Source: Octopus sinensis (taxonomy: Eukaryota). From it: a DNA stretch of 64,000 nt. Position numbers and translations under genes: made by a program. How positions within the stretch are numbered: position 1 is the stretch's first letter; each line of letters opens with the position of its first letter. Below, piece by piece: positions 1-11,089 of this stretch. A model generated the notes under the pieces. That model had not been told where the DNA came from, made no database searches, and was given only the letters and a program-made list of their open reading frames with translations. Where the stretch lies: contig NC_043010.1 of NCBI RefSeq assembly GCF_006345805.1, positions 67,952,001-68,016,000 on the forward strand, given 5' to 3'.

Positions 1-629
1 CAAACAACTTTTGACAAAAGACGATTTCTTTTTAGATTTTCTGAATTTTTCTCACATATTTCATCAAATGTTTCTTTACAGAGCAAGAATTAAATGTTTT
101 TAGACACTAAAATAGCATTGCAGAAGTACAAAATATTTCTATTTTTCTGGCAGGTAATTAACATTATTATGTGAATGACCATGAAATTTAATTACACAGT
201 CAGTTAATCTCGTGTTTCAGATAGTTGTTCTTTATAGTGTTGTCAGACGAGCTGTCTGGAAGCAGTAAAACCCTAATAAGAAAATCTTAGTAGACGTAAA
301 TATACATCTGTGTGGTTAAGCAGCTCACTTTGGTAACCGCATGGTTTTGGGTTCAGTCCCACTGTGCAGCGCCTTGGTTAAGTGTCTTCTGTTATATTCT
401 TGGACCAGCCAGTGCTTTGTGAGTGAGTTTGGTAAATGGAAACATGCCTGGTCACAGGGAAATAGTTCAAGACACCATGCAGTGGAACTGACCCCAGTGC
501 CATGTGGTTGGGGAGCAAACTTCTTACCACACAGCCTGCCTGTGTGTCTGTTTGACTATTTGTCTGACCGTCTGTTTGTTTGACCATCTGTCTGAGCTTC
601 TGTCTGTCCACCAGTCTACTGAAGTTTCT

Positions 630-1025
630 TATTTCTTTATTGCCCACAAAGGGCTAAACATAGAGGAGACAAACAAGGACAGACAAAAGGATTAAGTTGA
701 TTACATCGACCCCAGTGCGTAACTGGTACTTAATTTATCGACCCAGAAAGGATGAAAGGCAAAGCTAACTTCGGCGGAATTTGAACTCAGAACGTAATGG
801 CAGACGAAATACCTATTTCTTTATTGCCCACAAGGGGCTAAACACAGAGGGGACAAACAAGGACAGACATAGGTATTAAGTGGATTACATCGATCCCAGT
901 GCGTAACTGGTACTTAATTTATCGACCCCAAAAGGATGAAAGGCAAAGTCGACCATGGCGGAATTTGAACTCAGAACGTAATGGCAGATGAAATACCGCT
1001 AACATTTCTGCCATCTTGCCGCCTT
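630..1025 (-). mobile_element. Head-to-tail dimer of tRNA-derived SINE family B (Meta-domain-like core), inserted into a family A SINE
   Basis: Two tandem copies of the same unit; 18-bp direct repeat cagtctactgaagtttct at 612-629 and 1026-1043. The core (gtcgactttgcctttcatcctttcggggtcgataaattaagtaccag on the element strand) resembles the Sauria/MetaSINE central domain, from memory. Confidence 0.85.
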
Positions 1026-2230
1026 CAGTCTACTGAAGTTTCTGTCTACCAAATCCACTCACAAGGCATCGCTTGGCCTGGGGCTATAATAGAAGACACT
1101 ACACAGTGGGATTGAACCTGAAACCATGGGGTTGCAATGTGAAATTGTTTACCACACAGCCATCTGATACCATGTCACCATGTTAGTTGCTGTTTAGCAT
1201 CAACTGAAGTCTTGATAGTGCAGATCATCATCATCCTATGATCAAAAATATTCCAGGCATGACCATCCTATTTTTTTTTTGTTATGGATTGTTCAATACA
1301 AAAAAGAAACATGGACATTAAAAAAAAAAACAAGAGCAGAAGAGAAACTTGGCTGTTATTTCTAGCAAGTTGAGCCACCACATACAGACTCCTTCATCAG
1401 TTTGTGGGATGGCCTCTTCCAGTTATTTTGTTATGTCATCTAGAATGTTCTAGATGGTGTGGGTGTGTAGCAGCAATAGCATCCTTGCAAAGCGCCAAAG
1501 CAAACATTTTATTATGTCGGAGCAGCATTTTAGCTCGACAATTCAATTGGTCGGTCCATCAGTCGGTGAACGAACGAGTGAGCGAGATGAGTTTATTGTG
1601 GAGGGGTGCACTTCAGAACTCGCATTAAGTTCATTGCAGTAAAATGCTGGCTGCATCAGCCATCTGAAAAAAGGTCAGCAACTGTTTAAGAGCTTAACTA
1701 GTAATAATAATAACAATGATAATAATAATAATGATGATAATAATAATAATAATTGCTGGCCTTGAAGTAAGAGGATGTCTCCTTGTACAGTCAGGGCTAG
1801 TTGCTGTAATGTGTTGACAAAGTTGAAAGCATTCCAACGACACAGATGGTCTTTGTTTTTGTTTCTGAGTTTTTAATTACATTTGTGCTGTTGTTTCGCA
1901 AAACAGGAAGGGTGTCTTGTATGGCTCGTGAGTGTATCTACAAGATACATCCTCTCAAAAGTCAGTACCTGTCCTCCACTGAAATTTTTACTGGTGTGGT
2001 TGCGTGGTTTTTGAAGTTTGCTTCCAGACCGCATGGTTTTGGGTTTGGACCCACTGTGTGGTACCACGGGGGGGCTAGTGTTTCTTCTTCTATAGTTCTA
2101 TGCCAACCAAAGTCTTGTGAGTGGATTTGATTGACAGAAGCTGAAAACAACCCCATGTGTGTTTCAATTCCTGGACCAGCTGTGCATTGTGTTCTTGAGC
2201 AAAACACTTTATTTCCCATTGTTCCAGACC

Positions 2231-2405
2231 ATCATCATCATCATCATTGTTTAACGTCCACTTTCTATGCTAGCATGGGTTGACGATTTTGACTGAGGGC
2301 TGGCGAACCAGATGGCTGCACCAGGCTCCAATCTTGATCTGGCAGAATTTCTACAGCTGGATGCCCTTCCTAACACCAACCACTCTGAGAGTGTAGTGGG
2401 TGCTT
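2231..2405 (-). mobile_element. SINE family C 3' fragment with (GAT)n tail
   Basis: Reverse complement of the ...ggaagggcatccagctgtagaaa...gacgttaaacgatgatgat end seen at 28150-28272 and 32490-32640. Confidence 0.8.
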
Positions 2406-2646
2406 AAATGGGTAACCTTGCAACAGATTAGCCTTCTGATTGGGGGAGTATTGGCTAGCAGGGTGGCATCATTTGAAAGCTAAAATACTGCAAAGCGCAT
2501 TGTGACCAGCAATGTACAACATCCAATAGTCTTGTTGATAACATGATTTCTGTTGGTATACTTTTTTTTTTATGTTTTCAATTTTGAAAGTAATGGAGAA
2601 TTATAAAGTAAACAAGTTAAACGCCCCCCCCCCCCCCCGTCGAATA

Positions 2647-3179
2647 GACGGTGCTGAGTTGTCAAACATTTAAACCAAATTTTCTCAAAACAACTTGTCC
2701 GACCGTCCCATAGGCCTCCCCCCTTGAGAAACACTGATTTAACCTAAATTTGAGGCACCAGCAAAAGAAGAAATAAAGATAGACTTTTTTTCTATTCTAA
2801 AAGAAAAACGATTTTATTCACACAAATATGCAACCGAAGAGTTTAAAGTAACAGTAATGATAAGGCTGTTGACTGGGAGAACACAAACATGGTTTAAACA
2901 GTAAGCTTGGCAGGAAAGAAACATGCCTTTAAGCAGTATAAAAACAACAAAAAATGGAAGGTGCAGTTATGTACAGGTTGACTGAAGAAAAGCAGGACAA
3001 GAAGTGGCTTTATTGATTGCATTCTCACCTGGAATCGATTTTCGTAATTTTTTCAAGACTTATACATGCCCTGATACCGTTGGTATCTACATATCAAATT
3101 TGAGCGCAATCGGATGGAGGATGCCCGAGATCCTAGAAGACACACACACAGACAGACAGAACAGATTTTATATAAGAGA
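2647..3179 (-). mobile_element. Non-autonomous Helitron-like element, copy 1
   Basis: 5' end A|TC-tcttatataaaatc followed by (CTGT)/(GT)n; both ends match 29538-29902 in opposite orientation. No clear CTAG 3' end seen. Confidence 0.55.
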
Positions 3180-4544
3180 TTTGTTATTATGCTGCTGCAT
3201 GAAACCTGTATTAACGTGAAATATCAATGAAAGGTTTTAATTTTGATCACTTTAAAATGGGAAGTTTTTATCAGAACCAAGGGCGGTCTTAGGCCAGTAA
3301 GCATCAAAAGGGTTATATAGTAGCAAAATTTCTCAACCACAATATTTGGTGGTAGCAACTAAAGTCAGACAGGTCAGGGAATAAAATGTCAGTGTGGTTA
3401 ATGAGTAAAGAAATATAAGCCAAGCAATTGGTTTAATTAATCCCAGTCTGTACACACACTAGGCTAATTTTAGCCAGCAGCTAACAAAAATGGGTGCTAA
3501 TTTCCTCAACACATTTGGTGGTGTAAGCATTTACCTTTTACCTTGTTTTTGTCTTTACTGTGGTCATGCTGGGGCACTGCCTTGAAGAATTTTTAGTTGA
3601 ATGAACCAACCCCAGGATTTTTTTGTTTAAAGCCTGGTATTATTCTATCGGTCTCCTTTGTCGAACTGCTAAGTTATGGGGATGTAAACACACTAACACT
3701 GGTTGTCAAACAGTGGTAGGGGACAAACAAAGACATGCAGATATATACTTAACAGGCTTCTTTCAGTTTCCGTCCACCAGATCCACTCATAAGACTTTAG
3801 TTGGTTTGAGTCTATAGTAGAAGTCACTTGCCCAAGGTACCATGTGATTGGAAAGCAAGCTTCTTATCATACAGCCATGCCTTCACCTCTTTGTAAACAG
3901 CAGCAAAAAGTATTGGTGCTCCTTTAGTGTGCAGACTACTGCAGTATCTTTAGTCTGCACTGCGAAATGACCTAATCTGGGTTTAGGGGTTAGGGTTAGA
4001 CTAGATGCAAAAGAGTAAATGTCCAGGTGTGTGTGTGTGTGTATGTGTGCGTCATTTTAAAAAGAAGTAAAGGGGGATAATTATTAAGTTGTATATATGA
4101 AGGGTGAAAGGTTCATGCAAGCAATTTTATTAAGTGACCATTGCAACACTCTGGCTAGAACCCTCCAACCTAGCAATTGTAGGTGTAACGCCCTAAACAT
4201 TAGGCCGTGTGCTTTCACAAGGCACATAACCTAACAGTGCACGTGTATATACGGGAGTTATGGTGATTTGCTGTACTTGAGGGGATGCATCAAGCCAAGT
4301 AAAATCATAGTCATCCATATCTACAGAGTTGTTCTTGACAGGTGCTGGTGCCACATAAGATGCGCTTGTGTTGGTGCTGTGTTAAGGTATCCATGCTGGT
4401 GGCATGTGAAAAGCACACTCTGTAAAGTGGTTGGTATCAGGAAGGGCATCCAGTTGAAGGAGCCATGCCAACAGACAATTTGGAATCTGGACAGCTCCTG
4501 TCAAACCGTCCAACCCATGCCAGTATGGAAAATGCACATATGAT

Positions 4545-5036
4545 GATGATGTGTGTGTGTATGTGTGTATGCATATCTGTCTATGTCTATCCCTATCTGT
4601 CTCTGTATGGCTCTCTATCTATCCATCTCTCTATCTCTATATATATATGTCTGTCTCTGTTTTTCTCCATCTGTTTGTTTCCATCTGTCTTCATCTGTCT
4701 CTGTCTGTCTTCGTCTGTTTTTGTCTGTCTTCGTCTCTCTCTGTCTTCGTGTCTCTCTGTCTGTCTTCGTCTGTCTCTGTCTGTCTTCGTCTGTCTCTGT
4801 CTGTCTCTGTCTGTCTCTGTCTGTCTTTGTCTGTCTCTGTCTGTCTTCGTCTGTCTCTGTCTGTCTTCGTCTGTCTCTATCTGTCTTCGTCTGTCTCTGT
4901 CTGTCTTCGTCTGTCTCTGTCTGTCTTCGTCTGTCTCTGTCTGTCTTCGTCTGTCTCTGTCTGTCTCTGTCTGTCTCTATCTGTCTCTGTCTCTATCTGT
5001 CTCTGTCTCTATCTGTCTGTCTCCATCTGTCTGTCA
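4545..5036. repeat. Compound (TCTG)n / TCTGTCTTCG minisatellite
   Basis: Directly visible periodicity; it explains ORFs 4465-5048. Confidence 0.95.
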
Positions 5037-5076
5037 ATAAATAAATAATGTAATATATATGTTGCCTTCTCTTCAG

Positions 5077-5328
5077 TCTGAAAGACCCAAATGGAAGAAT
5101 ACTTTGCAAAGAAGAGTAACTGGAAGTTTTCGGAAGCAGGTTCTCAAACAGATGGTTGACTATTCATGGGCTGGTCCGATTCCAGACAGCTTTGACTATT
5201 CAGCAACAACTATGGAGACATGTGCACCAACTGCAGGAGGCCCTTCTCTGAGACGACGGTCCATGCCGGCAATTGATAGGCCAGTGGTTAAACCAAAAAC
5301 AAGGAAATCTCTTGTTGGTGTCATTAAG
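5077..5328 (+). CDS. Candidate internal coding exon (84 aa, SERPKW...SLVGVIK), protein not identified
   Basis: Pyrimidine tract ending ttcag| at 5076; non-repetitive 252-nt open frame; aag|gtaatt donor at 5329; phase 0 at both ends. Confidence 0.6.
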
Positions 5329-5502
5329 GTAATTAAAATTTTTAAATATTTTTGTGCCCCTTTCTTTCTTTCTTTCTTTCTTTCTTTCTGCTTTTCTCTC
5401 TTTGCTTCCCTCTGTCTATATCTCTATGTCTGGACTCCTTCACTGTTATTTTTTAATGTTTCCTTCTCTTTCTCTTTGTTCCTCTCCCTTTCTCCTACTT
5501 AG

Positions 5503-5913
5503 TACCTCTCTCCAGGACTGTCACTAAGCCTCCTGCAGACGCAGGGGGCCTCCACGGTTAAGGGCCCCATGTTAAGATCAAAGTACATAAATGAGAGGAG
5601 GAGGAGGAGACCCCCTTCAGTCATGAATGACCATGGAATTGCACCTAGAAAGTTACCCTCCCAGGCACAAGTCCGGGCAAACGACAATACTAAAAATGAA
5701 CCTGACTGCTCTCAAAAATTGAGTAAAAAGACAGGAAAAATAATCCAGTATCCTTGTCTGGTACCGGAACGATCCCCAAATCTAATTAGTTCATGCCAGT
5801 CAGGAGGCCAAACATCCCTGGAAGTTTCATCCGAATCCATCCAGCGGTTTTTGAGATATCTTGTCCACGGACAAACAAACACAACTGAAAACAATACCTC
5901 TGCCTTTGCTAAG
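5503..5913 (+). CDS. Candidate coding exon (YLSPGL...TSAFAK) containing a SINE-derived segment
   Basis: Long pyrimidine tract ending cttag| at 5502; phase-0 frame is open for 411 nt and continues the previous exon. Donor aag|gtggaa (5914) or gaa|gtaata (5920). Alternative in-frame acceptor cccag| at 5664. Confidence 0.45.
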
Positions 5914-5954
5914 GTGGAAGTAATAATTGAGATTTTAAACTTTTAGAAATTTAT

Positions 5955-6116
5955 AGGCATGGCTGTGTGATAAGAAACTTGCTTCCCAACCACATGGTTC
6001 TGGGTTCAGCCCCACTGCATAGCACCTTGGGCAAATGTCTTCTACTATAGCCTCGAGCCGACCAAAGCCTTGTGAGAAAATTTGGTAGATGGAAACTGGA
6101 AGAAGCATGTTGTGTG

Positions 6117-6158
<42 letters not shown>

Positions 6159-6500
6159 CGGGAAGGTTTACGAAAATAAACAAAAGATGAAGGCAGGTGG
6201 AGTACAAACAAACAAATGTATTAGTATGGCGCTCAGAAATAGAAATAGAACAAGTCTTTTACGTTTCGAGCCTACGCTCTTCGACAGAAAGATACACAGA
6301 AATATATATATTTGTGTGGCTGTGTTTGTCCCCACTGTACTATTGCTTGACACCCGATGCTGTTGTGTTTATGTTCCCATAACTTAGTGGCTTGGCAAGA
6401 GACCCATAGAATAAGTACTAGGCTTACAAAGAACAAGTCCTGGGATGAATTTCTTCAACTAACACCCTTTAAGGCAGTGCTCCAGCATGGCTGCAGTCTG
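5955..6500 (+). mobile_element. SINE family A (tRNA head, CORE-like segment, central microsatellite) interrupted by a foreign insert
   Basis: Matches the copies at 10258, 40019 and 50010; split at its (TA)n by 6158-6302. Confidence 0.85.
6158..6302 (-). mobile_element. Penelope-like (PLE) terminal relic carrying a minimal hammerhead-like motif
   Basis: Non-SINE insert flanked by (TA)n. The minus strand at 6292-6255 reads TCTTT-CTGTCGA-A-GAGC-GTAG-GCTC-GAAAC-GTA-AAAGA. Confidence 0.5.
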
Positions 6501-6814
6501 ATGATTGAAACAAATAAAAGAATACACACACACACACACACCCACACACACCCACACACACAGATATATTGACCTATTGACCCTTGTAAAAGACGAAAGG
6601 CTAAGTTGCCCCCAGCTAGATTTGAACAGCAGACGTAACAAGATACCACAAGACATTTGGTCGTCGTTGCAGCTCTACTGATTCTGTCTAATAACATGGT
6701 ACTGGTGGTGGTGGTGGTGATGGTGGTGGTGTTTGCAGATTAGCAAGTTTGGTATTAACAGCTACATTGTTCAGCTCTTTAATTCCAAATTACATGCTCT
6801 GTGGGTATTACATT

Positions 6815-7270
6815 GGTAGTGTGTATGTGTGTGTGTGTGTGCACACTTGTATGTATAGATGCGTATGCATCTATGTCTAAACTTGTCTGTGTATACATGT
6901 GTGCATGTGTGTGTGTATATTTGTGTGTGTGTATACATGTGTGTGTGTGTGTGTATGTGTGTATACATGTGTGTGTGTATACATGTGTGTGTGTATACAT
7001 GTGTGTGGTGTATGTGTGTATACATATGTATATACATGTGTGTATATGTATGTGTATATATGTGTGTATGTCTGTATACGTGTGTATACGTGTGTATGCG
7101 TGTGTATGTGTGTATACATTGTGTGTGTACATGTGTGTATACGTGTGTCTGTGTGTACATTATGTATATGTGTGTGTGTGTATACATGTGTCTGTGTACA
7201 TGTGTGTATGTGTATATTTATGTGTGCATGTATGTATGTATATATATGTGTGTGTGTGTGTGTGTCTATA
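6815..7270. repeat. Compound (TG)/(TA) microsatellite
   Basis: Visible; source of ORFs 6771-7331. Confidence 0.95.
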
Positions 7271-8321
7271 TATAATCTATATAGTCATCCATTGCCTTAG
7301 TGACTACTTTTCTATGCTTGTCTATATATAATTTTTTTAATGATGTTTGTGACTCTGTGGAATGCAGTCTTGTGTGTGAACTAGTTCGGCGTCGTTATTT
7401 CCTGGGAATACTTTCGGTACGTCAACTGTTGTCTTTTAATTCCTGCCTTAAAACAACAACAGTTGAAGTTCAATCCTCATGGTTGCTGATGAGGGAAAGA
7501 GGAGACAGAACAGCTGTGAGGGCTGACAAATAAAAAAAAAAAAAAGGAGTGACCAAGCTGTCACGTTTTAAAATTATTGGCACATATGAATTACGAAGCC
7601 ACTTTGAGCATAATCCTATGAACCCGGAAAAATTTAAAACAGCAGGTTACTTACTTGCAAACAAATGTGTTAACATGTGACATTATTGACCGAGGTTACC
7701 ATGGTCTTTTCTGTAGGCTTTTCTTTCCACGGATAAACCTTATCTGCTTCACCCTTTACACTTTACATCATGACATTTCTGATCGTTTTTTTTCTTTTCT
7801 TTTTTTTATTTTTCCTTTCTACGATCCCTTTTGATCGAAAACATACCCCACATTTTTTTTTTTACTCCCCAAAAAGAAAAGCTCTACTTTGTTAATCTGT
7901 CTTGTCTGTGTGCAGCCCTATGTGGCTAATGTATTATAATAATATAATGGATTTTAATCTTAAAACTTGTCCTCAACACTGTGTCAAAGACAGAAAAATT
8001 AAATGGATGCAAACTATCATTTTTTTTTTTATTAACGAAGGGGCAAATTATTTATCTTTTACTAGTTTCAGTCATTGTACTGTGGCTAAATCGAACAAAT
8101 TGACCCCAGTAGTTATTTCAAGTCTGGCATGTTTATTGGTCTCTTTTGTTGAACTGCTAAGTTATGGGTTCGTATCACAAACAACTGTCAATCCTTGTTT
8201 GTTTTTCGGCAAGATATTTCCACATGACCAGGCATGTTTTTCATGGAAGACTGGAAGTGATCAATATCACTTGCATGAAGAGGATACTTGTTTATGACCA
8301 TTATGTGATGTCAAGACAGGG

Positions 8322-8356
<35 letters not shown>

Positions 8357-8488
8357 GCATTAGAAAGGGCATCCAACTGTAGAAAGTAGGCTAGAGCAGA
8401 TAATAGATCTTGGAACAGTCCTCTTGATTGTCAGCTCCTGTCAAACCATTCAAGACAGCTGTTAAATGATGGTTCTTTTATTCTTTTA

Positions 8489-8836
8489 CTAGCAGTATCG
8501 CCCAGCGTTGCTCGGGTTTGTTTCGACCCTTTAGAATTGGAATTTTTGCAAAGTAAAAAATTTTGCATTATGTAGCTTGTTATTCTCTTTAAGTGAACAT
8601 TTTCTCTGGTTGAAATACAACGAAAAATGGCAACACAGCAGTCAAAAAATCATAAAAAATAGGGATTTTCATAGAAAAAAAAGTACCTTTTTGATGTAAA
8701 TAATTTTTGGTGTTAACATGGTCCGATTTGAATTTTATTTTCTACCTTGCGCTGCTAGGTCTCGGAGGAGATAGTGTTAGTTGAAGGCTACTAAACATGC
8801 CATACACAGACAACTTCAGCTTTATATATATAGGGA
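8489..8836 (-). mobile_element. Non-autonomous Helitron (348 bp)
   Basis: Minus strand starts TC (8836-8835) and ends CTAG (8492-8489), with subterminal hairpin cccgagc-aac-gctggg. It sits between A and T, and removing it restores the SINE A end tctttta|tttgtctcagtcatttgactg. Confidence 0.8.
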
Positions 8837-8984
8837 TTTGTCTCAGTCATTTGACTGCGGCCATGCTGCAGCTCTGCCTTAAAGGGTGTTAGTTGAAATC
8901 AACTTCATGACTTATTCTTTATATTTTGTTTTTATTCTATTGGTCTCTTTTGCCAAACCACTAAGTTACAGAGACATAAATCAG

Positions 8985-9457
8985 CATTGACAAATTATTT
9001 AGATAACCTAAGTTGATCCAAGTTTTTTTCAGTTCACAACATGACATATGTGAAACCCATATTTGTAATTTATTATGGCATGACTGTCTAGTTGAAAAGC
9101 TTCCTTCCTAACTATGTGGTCCCAGGTTCAATCCCACTGTGTAACACCTTAGGCAAGTGTCTTCTACTTATAGTTCCAGGTCAACCACAGCTGCATGGTT
9201 GATGGATATTGAAGAGAGCCCACCATATTATCATCACTAATCCTCATTTAACACACATCAGTTGTGGCTGTGTGGTAAGAAGCTTGCTTCCCAACCACAT
9301 GGTTCTGGGTTCAGTTCCACTGCATGGTACCTTGGGCAAGAGTTTTAGTGTCGGGCTGACCAAAGCCATGTGAGTGGATTTGGTAGATGAAAACTGGAAG
9401 ACACCCATCTTGCGTGTGTGTGTGTGTGTGTGTATTTTTACCACACAGCCACACGTG

Positions 9458-9495
<38 letters not shown>

Positions 9496-9749
9496 AATGA
9501 GGATAAGTGATGATAATATGGTGGGCTCTTTTCAAAATCCATTACTACACAGCTTTGGTTGACTTGGAGTTATAGTAGAAGACACCTACCTAAGGTGTCA
9601 CACAGATGGATTGAACCTGGGACCACATAGTTAGGAAGCAAGCTTTTCAACTAGACAGTCATGCCATAATAAATTACAAATAAATTATATTTCTTGTTGT
9701 GAACTGAAAAGCTTGGATCAACTTAGCTTATTGAAATAATTTGTCAATG
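8985..9749. repeat. Local inverted duplication (arms 8985-9257 and 9487-9749)
   Basis: Arms align as reverse complements across both unique and SINE-derived sequence, with substitutions and indels. Confidence 0.85.
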
Positions 9750-10079
9750 AAAATGCCATTGATGAGTTTAAAATCTAAAGACAGCTCAAAAATGAAGAAA
9801 AAAAAAAGAAAGCCACCAGTTGTGATTAAAACTTTTGGATGAAACAGACAATGCAGATTGGAATTGATCTGGTCTCTCTCTCTCTCTCTCTCTTTCTCTT
9901 GTGTGCTTGCTTGCTGTAACCAATTGGCCATTGTTATTGTTGCTGCCGTTGTGTAAAATGCTAAGTAGTTACAAGTATTACAGCAGTTCTGACTCTCTGG
10001 TGCACTTGAGATCTTAAGTATGCATTTTCTGCTGGCATGGCTCTGTTAATTACTCTGTGTGTATGTGTGTATATAAATC

Positions 10080-10110
<31 letters not shown>

Positions 10111-10257
10111 GTAAATATAAATAAACAAGTGTGTGTCACGGTTTGTTACTGTGTGGAAATATGTTGTGTCATGTTACTGTAATCGCCTTCAACTCAATAG
10201 GCCAAAATGTGATAATTCCTCTGAGTGCTTTTATGTGAACTGGTTTTTTTTTTTTTT

Positions 10258-10643
10258 GCGCAGGAGTGGCTGTGTGGTAAGTAGCTTCCTTACCAACCAC
10301 ATGGTTCCGGGTTCATTCCCACTGCGTGGCACTTTGGGCAAGTGTCTTCTACTATAGCCTCGGGCCGACCAAAGCCTTGTGAGTGGATTTGGTAGACGGA
10401 AACTGAAAGAAGCCTGTCGTATATTTATATATATATATATGTGTGTGTGTGTTTGTCCCCCTAGCATTGCTTGACAACCGATGCTGGTGTGTTTATGTCC
10501 CCATAACTTAGCGGTTCGGCAAAAGAGACCAATAGAATAAGTACTAGGCTTACAAAGAATAAGTTCTGGGGTCAATTTCCTCTACTAAAAGGCAATGCTC
10601 CAGCATGACCGCAGTCAAGTGACTGAAACAAGTAAAAGAGAAT
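10258..10643 (+). mobile_element. SINE family A, near full length
   Basis: Head ggctgtgtggtaag...ggttca; gcactttgggcaagtgtc CORE-like segment; (TA)(TG) centre; ...actgaaacaagtaaaagag tail. Confidence 0.9.
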
Positions 10644-10771
10644 ACAAGCATAGCTGTGTGGGCTGAGAGGTTTGTTTTACAACCACATGCTTTCAGGTTC
10701 AATCCTCATTGTATGGCATTGTCTACTGTATCCCAGAGCTGATCAAAGCCTCGTAAATGATCAAAGACCAT

Positions 10772-10817
<46 letters not shown>

Positions 10818-11089
10818 CTTCTGAAATTGCTTGTACATAAGTATGGTGATTGTTGTTACTTTTCCTTGTCAACAAATCGTCTGATCACAGAATAAGTAAA
10901 CTGGTAATGAAGTGTCTTGTTTAAGGATGCAATGTACTGGCACAGGCTTGGGAATTAAACATTCATCCTAACAACTCTCAGTTTAATATCTTAACTATTG
11001 GGCCACTTGCTTTCACACAATATCTATATACATATGTACACCCAACAAATAAGTATATTTGGTTATTCACCAGCCTGATCATCATCTTC

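Noticed and set aside
244-280. Second hammerhead-like motif (CAGACGA-GCTG-loop-CAGT-AAAAC-cc-TA)
   Set aside because: Two core positions (U4, G12) are mutated and stem III does not pair; at most a dead relic.
1404-1642. Two overlapping short ORFs in non-repetitive DNA
   Set aside because: No convincing splice sites or recognisable motif.
4465-5048. Long Ser/Val/Cys/Leu ORFs, and similar ORFs at 6771-7331, 16307-16924, 21747-22634, 24931-25593 and 58767-61381
   Set aside because: Translations of simple repeats that are open in several frames.
7724-7760. Possible hammerhead remnant on the minus strand (gataa-ggt-ttatc stem before GAAA)
   Set aside because: The core is too degenerate to call.
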